Shown one piece after another: positions 20,554-30,313 of a stretch of DNA of 64,000 nt. Under the pieces are notes generated by a model, which searched no databases, was not told the DNA's origin, and saw only the letters and a list, made by a program, of their open reading frames with translations. This DNA comes from a virus. The stretch lies in the IMG/VR virus record IMGVR_UViG_3300037483_000361, positions 32,881-96,880 of that record. One strand, written 5' to 3'. Within the stretch, counting starts at the first letter, position 1; every line of letters starts with the position of its first letter. The translations under genes were made by a program, and so were the position numbers.

Positions 20554-21005
20554 TATTGCTTCTTGATCTTAGAAACAGCTTCTTTCGTTTTTTCGGTGAG
20601 CTGACGCACTTCTTCATCGGCGGCGATTGCTTCTTCAAGTTCGGTAACTGCATCAACAGCAGCTTCTTCCGCAGATGCTTTTACTTCATCAAGTAGCGTC
20701 CGCTTTTCTTCCTCCGTCAACAATTCTTCCAGGGCGTGACCCGTTGCGTGGGTTTCTGCAGTCATTAAGCGCTGGATGATAGTGGCCATTTTAACAAGAT
20801 GTTCGTCGTTTTTAACTGCCACGTCCATAAACTCCCGAACGAGCGGTGCTACTACAGCAGCGTCGTGGGGGGACGTAATCATTTTGGATAGGGTGTCCAT
20901 AAGCATTTTGATCTGCTCTCGTTTATTCGCAGCGTGCTCATGAATTTCACGCATGATGTCTTGAAAATTCTTTCCCTCAAAAACTTCAGGGTTTCGCATA
21001 GTCAT
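20553..21005 (-). CDS. conserved helical hypothetical protein
   Basis: ORF with GGAGG SD. Confidence 0.6.
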   Translation of the reverse strand: MTMRNPEVFEGKNFQDIMREIHEHAANKREQIKMLMDTLSKMITSPHDAAVVAPLVREFMDVAVKNDEHLVKMATIIQRLMTAETHATGHALEELLTEEEKRTLLDEVKASAEEAAVDAVTELEEAIAADEEVRQLTEKTKEAVSKIKKQ

Positions 21006-21040
21006 AATGTAACCTCCCTAATATACATAGTTTGAAGCAC

Positions 21041-21067
21041 AAAAATGGCGTCCGATTAGGACGCCAT
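21041..21067 (-). terminator. intrinsic terminator
   Basis: ATGGCGTCC-TAATC-GGACGCCAT followed by T tract. Confidence 0.8.
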
Positions 21068-21074
21068 GGATGGT

Positions 21075-21791
21075 CTAGTGGTAGATGAAATATTGCGATT
21101 GATCTGCTATGGTTCCTTTATCTCTGAACTCTGCTCGATGGGCATCAACGTATTCAGACATCTTGTTGACCACTCTAGTAATGTTACTAGTCTTATATCC
21201 AGTCATTTCTCGAACCATCAAATACAAAGCTTTTTTATTGAAATTATCAATTCCCTCTGCCCGGCGAAACAGCATAAGAATCGCCTCGACAATTTCCTGA
21301 TCCTTGGATTTCTTAAAAACACGAGCAAGATTGTGATCCCAATATTCTAACATCAACCGAACAAATTCCTTAGCATCTTTCCGTGTATCATTTTGCCGTT
21401 CATCGGTCGAAAGAACATCTTCAAGCGGTGCTTGGCCATCTTCGGAATCGGAAAAATAGACCGATCTTTTCTCATGCTTGTATCGATTGTTGTTGTTGAG
21501 AATGAGATAATTCTTTGCGATCACCGACAAATAGGAAAATGCTTTGCCCTTACCTTCCGAATACTTGGAAAGGTTGAGAACCAAAAACGAAACCACTTGA
21601 TCCTTCACATCTTTAAACGAACTATCCATATATGGAAATTTGAACCGATTAATGATGTTCTCGGCTAACTTATCCAGCGGATAGTAAATATGCTCCCGAA
21701 AGATGCGATTGCGTTCATCGGAATCATCACAATTGTTATATTGAATTATGGCGTTTTCGGTTTCTTTAGTAAAATAATTCTTACTGCTCAT
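21075..21791 (-). CDS. late-transcription sigma factor (T4 gp55-like)
   Basis: NYFT..E N-terminus, KLAENII, KY..GKGKAFSYLS.IAKN region-2-like motif. Confidence 0.7.
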   Translation of the reverse strand: MSSKNYFTKETENAIIQYNNCDDSDERNRIFREHIYYPLDKLAENIINRFKFPYMDSSFKDVKDQVVSFLVLNLSKYSEGKGKAFSYLSVIAKNYLILNNNNRYKHEKRSVYFSDSEDGQAPLEDVLSTDERQNDTRKDAKEFVRLMLEYWDHNLARVFKKSKDQEIVEAILMLFRRAEGIDNFNKKALYLMVREMTGYKTSNITRVVNKMSEYVDAHRAEFRDKGTIADQSQYFIYH

Positions 21792-22062
21792 TGGATTCGT
21801 CCATTGCTTCTTCCACACCAATGAACTTTGCATAATCCGCGACAATTTCTTTCAGTGAGCGAAATACTAGCCCGACCTCATCATCCGCAGCAAACGCGCC
21901 ACGTTCATCAAGGTCTCTCATATCTTGATATGCGTGGTGCGCCGCAATATAGGACTGGTCTAGGAAATTCTCTGTGATTTCTGCTTTTCGTGAAAGGTTC
22001 CATGTCGCGAACCCCAATACACAGTTCAATAGGAAGGAAATAATTAGTGCGGTTAAAATCAT
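21781..22062 (-). CDS. small membrane protein
   Basis: N-terminal TM segment. Confidence 0.55.
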   Translation of the reverse strand: MILTALIISFLLNCVLGFATWNLSRKAEITENFLDQSYIAAHHAYQDMRDLDERGAFAADDEVGLVFRSLKEIVADYAKFIGVEEAMDESNEQ

Positions 22063-22092
22063 TGTAAACCTCTATATTGTAAACTACAACTA

Positions 22093-22713
22093 CTAGTCCA
22101 ACATGTCAAGCGTATATCCCGAGAATTTGGAAAGATATTCTCCAACCGAGGTACCATTGCCATCAATCGTTCGTGGGCGGATAAGTCGTCCGTTAACCGA
22201 AATAGTATATGCTGGATCAAAAAATGCTCTAAGACCATGCGGACCCACAAGATGTGCTCCTGCTAGAAGTCCCGATTCCGTAATATAAATTCCTTGATAC
22301 CATCTGCCATTAAATCTACCAATGATATCATCAATATTTATACGATTGTCTCGGAGATACTGCGCCATTGCGCTATCTTGTAGTGCAGCATTTCCAAGAA
22401 ACTCTTCCCGAGTAACCTTGAATTGCTTACCCATCGCCCATAATGTACGAGGACTAAACTGATACTTGCCAAGATTTCCATAGCGATTGACTACAGTATC
22501 ATTACCACGAGATTCGCGTTCCGCAATAGCGGCCATAAACACATACAAGTCGCCGCGATCCGACACCGGCGGCCTAATGATATGAGCGGTTTCAAGTACC
22601 TTAATGGTTCCCATCTCATTAAGAATACTGCTGCCCCTTTGATATTGAACGATGGACAACAGCCATAGTAACGGCACAAAAAGACTATATACTACATGCG
22701 TCGTTGCTTTCAT
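22093..22713 (-). CDS. lysozyme-like/lytic transglycosylase with N-terminal anchor (endolysin candidate)
   Basis: IAERES.G...VNRYGNLGKYQF, LAGAHLVG. Confidence 0.7.
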   Translation of the reverse strand: MKATTHVVYSLFVPLLWLLSIVQYQRGSSILNEMGTIKVLETAHIIRPPVSDRGDLYVFMAAIAERESRGNDTVVNRYGNLGKYQFSPRTLWAMGKQFKVTREEFLGNAALQDSAMAQYLRDNRINIDDIIGRFNGRWYQGIYITESGLLAGAHLVGPHGLRAFFDPAYTISVNGRLIRPRTIDGNGTSVGEYLSKFSGYTLDMLD

Positions 22714-22732
22714 ATATATCCTCATAATTGAG

Positions 22733-23386
22733 TTATTCAAGCTCCACATTGTCCTGAAGGATTTGGGCATAGAATGCATTCTGTGCTTCCTGGCGGTCAA
22801 TGTGCTTGTGGTGTAAGAGAGCGAATGTTTCCTCGGCGGGAAGATGACTAAAAGCGTCAAACCCATCGATGCGTTCATGCACTCGGCCAATCCACATAAT
22901 CTCTGGACTGTTACGATACAACCGTGTTTGATAATCCGGCCACATAATCCATCCCCGATCATTAACACGCCAATTCCATTCTCGAATATGCTCATCCGTC
23001 AATCCCATAACGGTATTCACTCGCGGGACCAAAAACAAATCTACTTTAGAATTGGCGTTGAGAATGTCGTGAAGATTATCCAGCAGGTCGGGCGACAAGG
23101 TTTCATCAGCATCGATCTGAAAGATGTAATCGCCCTTACAGAGAGCGTTCAAATAACTTTTGTGTGCTCCGAAATCACGTTCGAGAGCATGCTGATACGA
23201 TGTGACGTATGAAAGACTTGCATACTCTTCAAGAATGCTTACGGTATCGGCGTCCGTCGAAAAATCATCCAGAATGACGATTTCGTCATCGGTGTCATTC
23301 TCTTCAATAAAATCACGAAGTTGCGCTAGTAAATCGCCGAGCCGCTCACCTTCGTTATGTACGGTTACTGCAAATGATATTCGCAT
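22733..23386 (-). CDS. glycosyltransferase family 2
   Basis: TVHNE, ILDDFS, IFQIDADE, PDYQTRLY. Confidence 0.85.
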   Translation of the reverse strand: MRISFAVTVHNEGERLGDLLAQLRDFIEENDTDDEIVILDDFSTDADTVSILEEYASLSYVTSYQHALERDFGAHKSYLNALCKGDYIFQIDADETLSPDLLDNLHDILNANSKVDLFLVPRVNTVMGLTDEHIREWNWRVNDRGWIMWPDYQTRLYRNSPEIMWIGRVHERIDGFDAFSHLPAEETFALLHHKHIDRQEAQNAFYAQILQDNVELE

Positions 23387-23423
23387 AAAACCCTTTTGTA
23401 ACAATTACTCTATAAGTATATGA

Positions 23424-24605
23424 CTATTCTTTAGAAGTGTCAAGCGTAGGCTTGATGTGCATGCGATAGTACTCTACAGCATCCGGGTGTCTTTCCCACT
23501 CGGCTCTACGTCCTTTCCAATCATAGCCAGGACGTTCAAAGAACGGATGTTCGTCATAGTTGATCAGATGTTTCGGCTCTCGCTTGAAAATGTGACTAGC
23601 TAACTGGTCGGCGTGACGCATGTGCATAATGCGGTCAGGCGTGTCCGGCGTACCATGTACGATTTCTTGCTGAATGGCGTCCGCGTCTTTGCCGGTCACG
23701 GTCGGCGTTGCGGGGATCGCCGCCAACATGGACTTCGTGCGCTCGTGTGCAACGGAGACACGATTCGCAGACATACGTTTGCGTAAGTTAGAAAACGGCC
23801 GTGCCATGACTTCCATTCCCGGATCGATTTCGTCTGCTTGACCTTTGCGTTCACGCATGACGATATTGTTGTAAGCCAGGATGAGCGATACAGCAAGGGG
23901 ATCAAACACAAAAACGATAACCAATACGAACCACTTCACCACCGTATCCAATGGAACATTCAACGCTCGAGCGATGTAAACGAACGTACCAATCTTGCTA
24001 TTCGTATTCAGTTCGGCATTGAGACCAACCTTAACCGTCTCTAAACTATCTCGCTCGGATTGAGCCGTTGTAATAAAGAGTTGATTAGTGCGGCGTTCTG
24101 CATCTAACTGCGCGATTTCATTCCTGAGATTAGCAAACGCACTGCGTTGACTGAGTTCCGTATTGCCTGCCAATACATTGTCGAGTGACCGTTGCGCTTG
24201 TGCTTGGCGTCCTCCCAATGTGTTATTGTCGTTTGCCCACCGAGTGATGTTGTCGTTCAAAGTTGTTTGCCGGGATTCAACCGCGGTAATTTGATTAAGC
24301 GTATTCTGTGGAACTGACGCGATTGAAGCATATGCCGCAGAAAGATACGCGTAGATGCCCAATGATGTGATCATCATGAGAACAACTACACCTGAAATCA
24401 AGTAACCCTTGAGAGGCCGAGGCGTTCCTTTCCAATACCGATACAAGAATGATGCTGCTACCAGCTTTCCAACTTCTAGTGAGGCCGCCATAACAAGCAC
24501 CGCATAGAATTTTCCCGAAAACAGCGTAGCAATGCCGGTGACGGAAAAGAAAGCTGCGCAGAGCGCAATGAAAATGGCTGAAAACCAGACGATGAATTTA
24601 AACAT
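23424..24605 (-). CDS. membrane protein with coiled coil
   Basis: 3 N-terminal TMs, coiled coil, IVFVFDPLA TM. Confidence 0.7.
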   Translation of the reverse strand: MFKFIVWFSAIFIALCAAFFSVTGIATLFSGKFYAVLVMAASLEVGKLVAASFLYRYWKGTPRPLKGYLISGVVVLMMITSLGIYAYLSAAYASIASVPQNTLNQITAVESRQTTLNDNITRWANDNNTLGGRQAQAQRSLDNVLAGNTELSQRSAFANLRNEIAQLDAERRTNQLFITTAQSERDSLETVKVGLNAELNTNSKIGTFVYIARALNVPLDTVVKWFVLVIVFVFDPLAVSLILAYNNIVMRERKGQADEIDPGMEVMARPFSNLRKRMSANRVSVAHERTKSMLAAIPATPTVTGKDADAIQQEIVHGTPDTPDRIMHMRHADQLASHIFKREPKHLINYDEHPFFERPGYDWKGRRAEWERHPDAVEYYRMHIKPTLDTSKE

Positions 24606-24636
24606 TATGTACTATAAGTAGTCCGCCGAACTACTC

Positions 24637-25260
24637 TTAGGTCCACATGCTTCCGCGAACTTGAATCAGGCGAATGAGCTGTTCATTGTCTTCCGTAGTA
24701 AATAGTTCCTCTTCATTGAACGCCTTAGTTCCTGCGGCGGCGGCCTCGGGGTCTGGTTCAACACTGCCGCCCTCCCGAATGGTGATGATCGGATCAGGCA
24801 GAGCATTCCACGGATCGATTCTCGCTGGGCGAACATCCTTGTACCACAAATACAAATCTTTGATGATGGCAGATGACTGAGACTGATGTGGGGAATCATC
24901 CCCCAACTGAACTTCCCACGCCAAATAACGGAGGCCAAGTTCTCGGCCATTCTTAATCGGAACCCATCGATGATACCAACGAGCATGGCCTTCCGTAAGC
25001 AACTGCATCCACGCCAATTCCTTTTCCACATAGTCTACGAGAATCTGAAAACAGGCCTCGAAAACACGAGTATCAGAATCGTACCATTCGCCACGACGGA
25101 GAGCATGCATGCATACTACATTGTGCCGCCTAAGCAGATTGATGATAGTGCGCCGCAACTGAATAAGGTACCAATGAATGGTACGAATCACGGGAAAATC
25201 GTACCAATACGAATCTTTTCGATTCAAAACATTGGGGGAAATGGCTCGAACTTTGGTCAT
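24637..25260 (-). CDS. hypothetical protein
   Basis: ORF with SD. Confidence 0.6.
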   Translation of the reverse strand: MTKVRAISPNVLNRKDSYWYDFPVIRTIHWYLIQLRRTIINLLRRHNVVCMHALRRGEWYDSDTRVFEACFQILVDYVEKELAWMQLLTEGHARWYHRWVPIKNGRELGLRYLAWEVQLGDDSPHQSQSSAIIKDLYLWYKDVRPARIDPWNALPDPIITIREGGSVEPDPEAAAAGTKAFNEEELFTTEDNEQLIRLIQVRGSMWT

Positions 25261-25272
25261 GTTAAATGCCTC

Positions 25273-25926
25273 TTAGCTGTTGAGTCTCCACTGGTCACGT
25301 TCACCAATCGTAGACATATGATCTGCGAAGTGCAACACATAGTGCAGATTGGTGTGAAACGCCTGCGGCGGATACGAATAACTAATGAAATATGGTTCGT
25401 TTCCCTTGGAGTACAAACCATCATGAACCAGAATAGCCTTCCATTCCTTTGGGGTGATCGCGACGCCGAAGTGGTTTAGTAAATGTAATGAGCGATCTGG
25501 AACCGCCATGAACGTCAGATCGGTATTATGCTTATACAGCTCGCCACGATTTTCACGATGCCAATCGGATGTTTGCGGAACATAATAGGGGAGATCTAGA
25601 TCGCCCAGCTTCCCTAGATCATGAAACATGGCGGTAAAAATTGCTTCTTCTTTGGTGAAATCAATTTGCGCACCACGTTTCTTGAGAATAACGGCGACTT
25701 GAATCACACCCTCAATGACGTTGTGAACGTGATCCAGATACCCACCAGGATAGCAGTTATGATAATGTGCCATCCCGGAGGCTGGTGCCGACACCATGCG
25801 TTCTGCAAAGTGTTCGAACAACTTCTCAATTTTTGCAAACCGTTCCGGTGAAAAGTTGTCTTTTGCGATCTGTATCATTTTCTCTAACTGATCGACCGCG
25901 GTTGGTTTTGCTACGGATTTGGTCAT
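25273..25926 (-). CDS. HD-domain phosphohydrolase
   Basis: APAS..HYH..GGYLDH, FHDLGK, HDG, HFAD. Confidence 0.85.
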   Translation of the reverse strand: MTKSVAKPTAVDQLEKMIQIAKDNFSPERFAKIEKLFEHFAERMVSAPASGMAHYHNCYPGGYLDHVHNVIEGVIQVAVILKKRGAQIDFTKEEAIFTAMFHDLGKLGDLDLPYYVPQTSDWHRENRGELYKHNTDLTFMAVPDRSLHLLNHFGVAITPKEWKAILVHDGLYSKGNEPYFISYSYPPQAFHTNLHYVLHFADHMSTIGERDQWRLNS

Positions 25927-25931
25927 ACCTT

Positions 25932-26552
25932 TTACTCTCCATTATTAGGTAACTTGAGCGTTCCAGACGAAGCCCAGAGTTGCAGAATCGTTGGCGCTCG
26001 TGGCTTCAACTTCGTATCTACGAGATACTTAGAAATCCATTCCGCGGTTTCTTTAGACGCTTTTCGCGTCTCGAAAAGTGCCGCAGTTTTAGCCTGTTCG
26101 TCAAGCTTGAAATACAAGTCTTCCATCTCAGACAAAAGATAGTCAGCCTTGATGTTATTACACTTGCGGCAGGCGGTGACAACATTAGTCCACGAAGTCT
26201 TGCCATTTCGTGTTTCTGGAACGATGTGGTCACGAGTCAAATACTCGCCTGGCTCCAACTGCTTGCGCATACGACCACAGTACTGACACGTATACCTGTC
26301 CCGAAGGAACAAGTTACGTTGGGTCAGCTGCGCTGGTACCCTTGATGCCGGGTGACTCCTAATCATTTCCTTCATGCGAATCTGCGTTGGAAGTGGAAAC
26401 TTCTTCGTTGCCGTTCGCACGGAACCATTAGGGTGAGCTTCTGTAAGGAAGGCCCGGCCCTCAATAACGAGCCGAAGGCCCCGCTTAGCAGAGATCACGG
26501 ACAATGGTTCATAGGATGTATTGAGAACCACGCATCGCGTGTTTTCTAACAT
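25932..26552 (-). CDS. HNH endonuclease (McrA-like)
   Basis: VLNTSYEPL, RDRYTCQYCG, TRDHIVP, ACRKCN. Confidence 0.88.
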   Translation of the reverse strand: MLENTRCVVLNTSYEPLSVISAKRGLRLVIEGRAFLTEAHPNGSVRTATKKFPLPTQIRMKEMIRSHPASRVPAQLTQRNLFLRDRYTCQYCGRMRKQLEPGEYLTRDHIVPETRNGKTSWTNVVTACRKCNNIKADYLLSEMEDLYFKLDEQAKTAALFETRKASKETAEWISKYLVDTKLKPRAPTILQLWASSGTLKLPNNGE

Positions 26553-26573
26553 GAATTAACACTTTCTCCAAAC

Positions 26574-26957
26574 TTACTCGGTTTGAGTGTTGTGGATTAC
26601 ATCTTCTATCTTGATTTTCGTAAGTAAATCCCTGCACTTCGCCGCATCCTCATACATCTCTTGGGGAATAAAAAAGTCCATTGCTTGATCCAGAATAACT
26701 ACAAATTCTTCTCGGCGAGCGGCAGCGCGGAACCCCGTATTCCCAAACCTGAACAAGTCTACTCGTGAGGCGTGTCGGGCTAGCCCCTTAGAAATTTCGG
26801 ACATGATATACCGAAACATCAAGCCGCGATTATCCGTGAGAAATTTCTTAAGCGTGCCAGATGATGTAGTGGGAAGTGTTATCACAATCTCAACCTCCTG
26901 TTTTCGTTCCGTTTTGCATAAATTCCTTCTCGTAGTTTGGATACATATAAAGTTCAT
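26574..26957 (-). CDS. hypothetical protein with UvrB/C-like motif
   Basis: EMYEDAAKCRD; start uncertain. Confidence 0.55.
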   Translation of the reverse strand: MNFICIQTTRRNLCKTERKQEVEIVITLPTTSSGTLKKFLTDNRGLMFRYIMSEISKGLARHASRVDLFRFGNTGFRAAARREEFVVILDQAMDFFIPQEMYEDAAKCRDLLTKIKIEDVIHNTQTE

Positions 26958-27585
26958 TTATGTCTAGTATTCGACAGGTGCCAACGACGAGTGACCTGTG
27001 CATATGTCCACAAATCAGCGGCGGAAGTCCTAGGCGGCGCCAAAGAGTTTCAATAGCAACTGCCGATGGATCAATCCACGTTGCGGGATGTCCATAGTAA
27101 AGTAGTGTAGACTTGGTGAAAAATCCTTGCACGATTGAGTTTGGTGGTGCATGCGTCACCAACAAGTCTACATGATCAACGCCATCCATGCGTGCTAAGT
27201 CTGCATCGGTGATGACTTCCGCCGAGAACCACGACAATCCAGGCTGACGATACACCTTATCGATTGAGCTTGCCCCACCCATAAACCCGATTTTCATGCC
27301 CTCGATGTTGAGAACTGTTCCGCGTGGAACGTAAATCGCACCTTCCCAAAACTCAGTCGGAACTCGAATGCCGCTGAAATAGGGAAAGTATTCGTGATTG
27401 CCATCAATTACGTACATGGGACGCTCAAACTTGAGCTTTTCCCATATACTGTCCCACAACTTATATGTGTATGGCCAGAAGCCAAAGTCTCCCACTTGGA
27501 TCAACGTTGCGTCCCGCGGAACATGCTCCAATATGCTCGGAAGCCATTCAAATCCTCCATGCAGATCACCAATAAAAACAAGCAT
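26890..27585 (-). CDS. metallophosphoesterase
   Basis: GDLHG, GDFG, GNHE, THAP, GHMH. Confidence 0.88.
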   Translation of the reverse strand: MLVFIGDLHGGFEWLPSILEHVPRDATLIQVGDFGFWPYTYKLWDSIWEKLKFERPMYVIDGNHEYFPYFSGIRVPTEFWEGAIYVPRGTVLNIEGMKIGFMGGASSIDKVYRQPGLSWFSAEVITDADLARMDGVDHVDLLVTHAPPNSIVQGFFTKSTLLYYGHPATWIDPSAVAIETLWRRLGLPPLICGHMHRSLVVGTCRILDINELYMYPNYEKEFMQNGTKTGG

Positions 27586-27588
27586 GTG

Positions 27589-27870
27589 TTATTGTCTTTC
27601 TGTCTTTCGTTTTGCCATTTTCTTATTATGACCGACAACATAATAGGTTCCAATTCCACTACCAAATGCGTAGGCAATGAGAATCAATATGTTGTTGCCA
27701 CTTTCTGACCAAAGCGTTAACGTAAGTGCGCTGGCGAGAAGGATAACGATGATATCCCACATTGCGGCGATGCGTTTACTATAGCTGGATACGGCGGCGA
27801 GATACTTGCCCCAACCCCACGCTAATGGGATTCCTGCCAAAAATGCTAGAACTATCATCCAAATCAACAC
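27589..27870 (-). CDS. small 3-TM membrane protein
   Basis: hydrophobic segments, basic C-tail. Confidence 0.6.
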   Translation of the reverse strand: MLIWMIVLAFLAGIPLAWGWGKYLAAVSSYSKRIAAMWDIIVILLASALTLTLWSESGNNILILIAYAFGSGIGTYYVVGHNKKMAKRKTERQ

Positions 27871-27904
27871 TACATTGCTCCTCGCATGAGTCTCACCTTA
27901 TTGA

Positions 27905-27933
27905 AATTTACTACATTTGTAGTCGTTTGTCAA
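27905..27933 (-). promoter_or_regulatory. sigma70-type promoter
   Basis: TTGACA-17-TAAATT. Confidence 0.75.
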
Positions 27934-28041
27934 GGGGTCTGACCGGGGTTTTGGTGTCCCTAAGTCCTTACCTGGCCTTACTATAAGTAGCAAGCCAGAC
28001 GCAAACCTGGCGCATTCTGGCTACATTCGACGGATAGCACC

Positions 28042-28076
28042 AAACGGCCCCGGGCCCTTACGAGCCACGGGGCCGT
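28042..28076 (-). terminator. terminator-like hairpin closing the RNA island
   Basis: ACGGCCCCG..CGGGGCCGT then TT. Confidence 0.55.
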
Positions 28077-28106
28077 GGAACCGACCACCATACAATTACA
28101 AGACAA

Positions 28107-28595
28107 CTACTCGACCGAGAGTTCTTCTGGCCCGGCCGATGAAACGGGATGGTCACCAGAATCGTCTCGGAATCGGCCGACAGTAATGCGTTGGTAAAGA
28201 CGATGCTTACGCTTACGATCTTCCCACTCATCCTCATCAACTTCGTAATACTCATATGTCGTCTGACCGATGGCATGTGCAATCAACTGCAATGCATCTT
28301 CGATGTTCGCTACATAGAGTTCCTGAGTCGCACCGGCGAAAGACACCTTACCACCCGGCATTTCAACCATGTAGCCGCCACTGTCAAGACACAAAACGCT
28401 GATACGATCAATCTTCACCGGATGACGAACACGAACAACGCCGATGGTCTCTTCGTAAGAAGCGTTATCCCGAGGCGGAATAATCGGTATTTCGATCTTC
28501 CGCATCTCGGTGGGCGCATTCATCACGATCTTCGAGCTGCCCAAATCTTCAGGCTGCGCAACGATGGCGTTGGTCTCCGGTGCTACCGTTTTCAT
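28107..28595 (-). CDS. hypothetical protein
   Basis: GAGG SD and ATG just after tmRNA. Confidence 0.6.
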   Translation of the reverse strand: MKTVAPETNAIVAQPEDLGSSKIVMNAPTEMRKIEIPIIPPRDNASYEETIGVVRVRHPVKIDRISVLCLDSGGYMVEMPGGKVSFAGATQELYVANIEDALQLIAHAIGQTTYEYYEVDEDEWEDRKRKHRLYQRITVGRFRDDSGDHPVSSAGPEELSVE

Positions 28596-28616
28596 AGTAA
28601 CCTCTTTCGAAAATAG

Positions 28617-28963
28617 TGGAGCTGGCGGCATCGAAGCCGCGTCCAGCAAAAAATACAACCTTGACTTCTCCGTGCGCAGTCACCTGTAAAGGTTTCACGC
28701 TTGTAGAACAAATGACAAATCTACTTTGCGTTATCCATCATCTGCAACAATATGACCGATGGCATGTCACACCGTTAGTCGGTTGTGCTGTCGTCCTAGC
28801 CTTGCTCCACGACTATCAGCTCAGTAGGACGGCTGCTAACGATTAAGCAGCGAGCTTAAGTGGTTCTGCACTTATCAGTTTGACACAGAGATTACGAGAG
28901 GTAGTGTCATCTCTCGGCACGCTTCTCTCAGTTTACTTTAGCTGTCGAATCCAGTTCAGCCCC
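28617..28963 (-). ncRNA. ssrA: tmRNA, tag peptide (A)AEPLKLAA* at 28843..28869
   Basis: 5' GGGGCTGAACTGGATTCGAC, 3' GCGGCTTCGATGCCGCCAGCTCCA with G3:U70; ATAAGT-GCA resume context; LAA stop. Confidence 0.93.
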
Positions 28964-28969
28964 GAGATA

Positions 28970-29425
28970 CTACTCCAACTGTTTGTCTATCATCTTCCAC
29001 AGATTTTCAAACTCACCTTTCTTGTAAAGAATAGACTTAAACGTTGGGTGTTGCTTTCGATACATATTAATCTTTGCTCCTGCCGTGACGTTTGCCAACC
29101 GGTCACACAACTTCACAAACACCGCGGATTTGCTAGCCCGGATGCGTTGGAACGTTGCTTCTTTTGACTCACGATTGGAAACCAAGTCTACGATGTTTGC
29201 AATGTTGGAACCAAATTGCTGTTGAAGTTCTGCTTTGGTGACAGAAGTATCTTCAAGAACATCATGCAACCATGCGGCTGCTTGTTCATCAGTTGAGCCG
29301 CCAAATCGTCGAGCGAGCGTATAGACTTGCGCGAGATGGTACGTATAGGGCGTCCCTACGCCGTATTGTTGGCCGCCGTGTGCTTTGATGGCGAACTTGG
29401 CTGCCTCTTTAATCACATCGTTCAT
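28970..29425 (-). CDS. small alarmone (ppGpp) hydrolase-like HD protein
   Basis: AHGGQ..PY..HL, AAWLHDVLEDT, VKLCDRLAN. Confidence 0.8.
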   Translation of the reverse strand: MNDVIKEAAKFAIKAHGGQQYGVGTPYTYHLAQVYTLARRFGGSTDEQAAAWLHDVLEDTSVTKAELQQQFGSNIANIVDLVSNRESKEATFQRIRASKSAVFVKLCDRLANVTAGAKINMYRKQHPTFKSILYKKGEFENLWKMIDKQLE

Positions 29426-29427
29426 AG

Positions 29428-29501
29428 AGCTACCTCGGGGAGTTGAACCCCGGACCTCATCTTTACCAAAGATGCGCTCTGACCACCTGAGCTAAGGCAG
29501 C
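29428..29501 (-). tRNA. tRNA-Thr(GGT)
   Basis: cloverleaf, loop TTGGTAA. Confidence 0.9.
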
Positions 29502-29502
29502 G

Positions 29503-29578
29503 TAGCGGGGCAAGGAGTTGAACCTTGTACACCATTCACCTTATGAGGGTGATGAGCCGCCGTTGCTCGATCCCCGCG
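29503..29578 (-). tRNA. tRNA-Met(CAT), initiator-like C1:U72 mismatch
   Basis: loop CTCATAA. Confidence 0.8.
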
Positions 29579-29596
29579 GCAATTAACCTGTATATA

Positions 29597-29670
29597 TGGC
29601 AGGGGTGGGATTTGAACCCACGACCTCCGCATTATGAGCGCGGCGAGCTACCGGCCTGCTCCACCCTGCG
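29597..29670 (-). tRNA. tRNA-Met(CAT), initiator-like C1:C72 mismatch
   Basis: loop CTCATAA. Confidence 0.88.
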
Positions 29671-29675
29671 TCGAA

Positions 29676-29870
29676 TTAAATTCTATCGAACATTTTACTC
29701 ATATCGTCAAACATCCGGTTCATATGATCGAACAACTTGTCCATTTGCTGTTCAATCACTCTTTGTTTTTCTGGCGGGAGCTTAACATCATTTGCTGATC
29801 CCATCTTCTTATCGGGTGAATCCGAAATGGTCACGGTGACAGTTTTGAACATAGATGATGGACTCCTCAC
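29676..29870 (-). CDS. hypothetical protein
   Basis: short ORF, start uncertain. Confidence 0.45.
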   Translation of the reverse strand: MRSPSSMFKTVTVTISDSPDKKMGSANDVKLPPEKQRVIEQQMDKLFDHMNRMFDDMSKMFDRI

Positions 29871-29896
29871 TGCCGCTAATGTCTGGTTAAGATTGA

Positions 29897-30187
29897 TTAG
29901 TTACTTTGACTAACTTTTTCGGGGTGCAAACTAACAGGGCAACACGGTTCAATACAAACGGATGCTGCTGCTTCGTCATGATATGTGGTAGTCTGCCCAT
30001 TCCCCTTTACATCTTTGACGGTCGTCCTTAAGCGGCGACCGTCAGTTGTTGGACGAGTAATTTCTATAGTTGCTGTCTCTGATCCTACATTATATCCCAT
30101 TGCTACGCGGACAGCAACATCCCCTACATTTACGATGATTTGATCACCATCATCGAGATCGAATACATTTACCTTTCTTGTTTTCAT
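29897..30187 (-). CDS. hypothetical protein
   Basis: GGAG SD. Confidence 0.55.
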   Translation of the reverse strand: MKTRKVNVFDLDDGDQIIVNVGDVAVRVAMGYNVGSETATIEITRPTTDGRRLRTTVKDVKGNGQTTTYHDEAAASVCIEPCCPVSLHPEKVSQSN

Positions 30188-30229
30188 ACTTTCTCCCTAC
30201 GACATGCATGTCGCAGCGGAGTCCATCAG

Positions 30230-30313
30230 AGGAAGCAGTGGGACTCGAACCCACAAGACCTTGCGGTCATACTTGCTTTCGAGGCAAGCTCCTAATCCAG
30301 CCGGGTTACTTCC
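30230..30313 (-). tRNA. tRNA-Ser(CGA)
   Basis: long variable arm, loop CTCGAAA. Confidence 0.88.

Noticed and set aside
22714-22995. N-terminal extension of the lysozyme-like ORF given in the track
   Set aside because: It overlaps the GT2 gene, and an SD-led start at 22713 is more plausible. Similar trimming was applied to ORFs extending into tRNAs.
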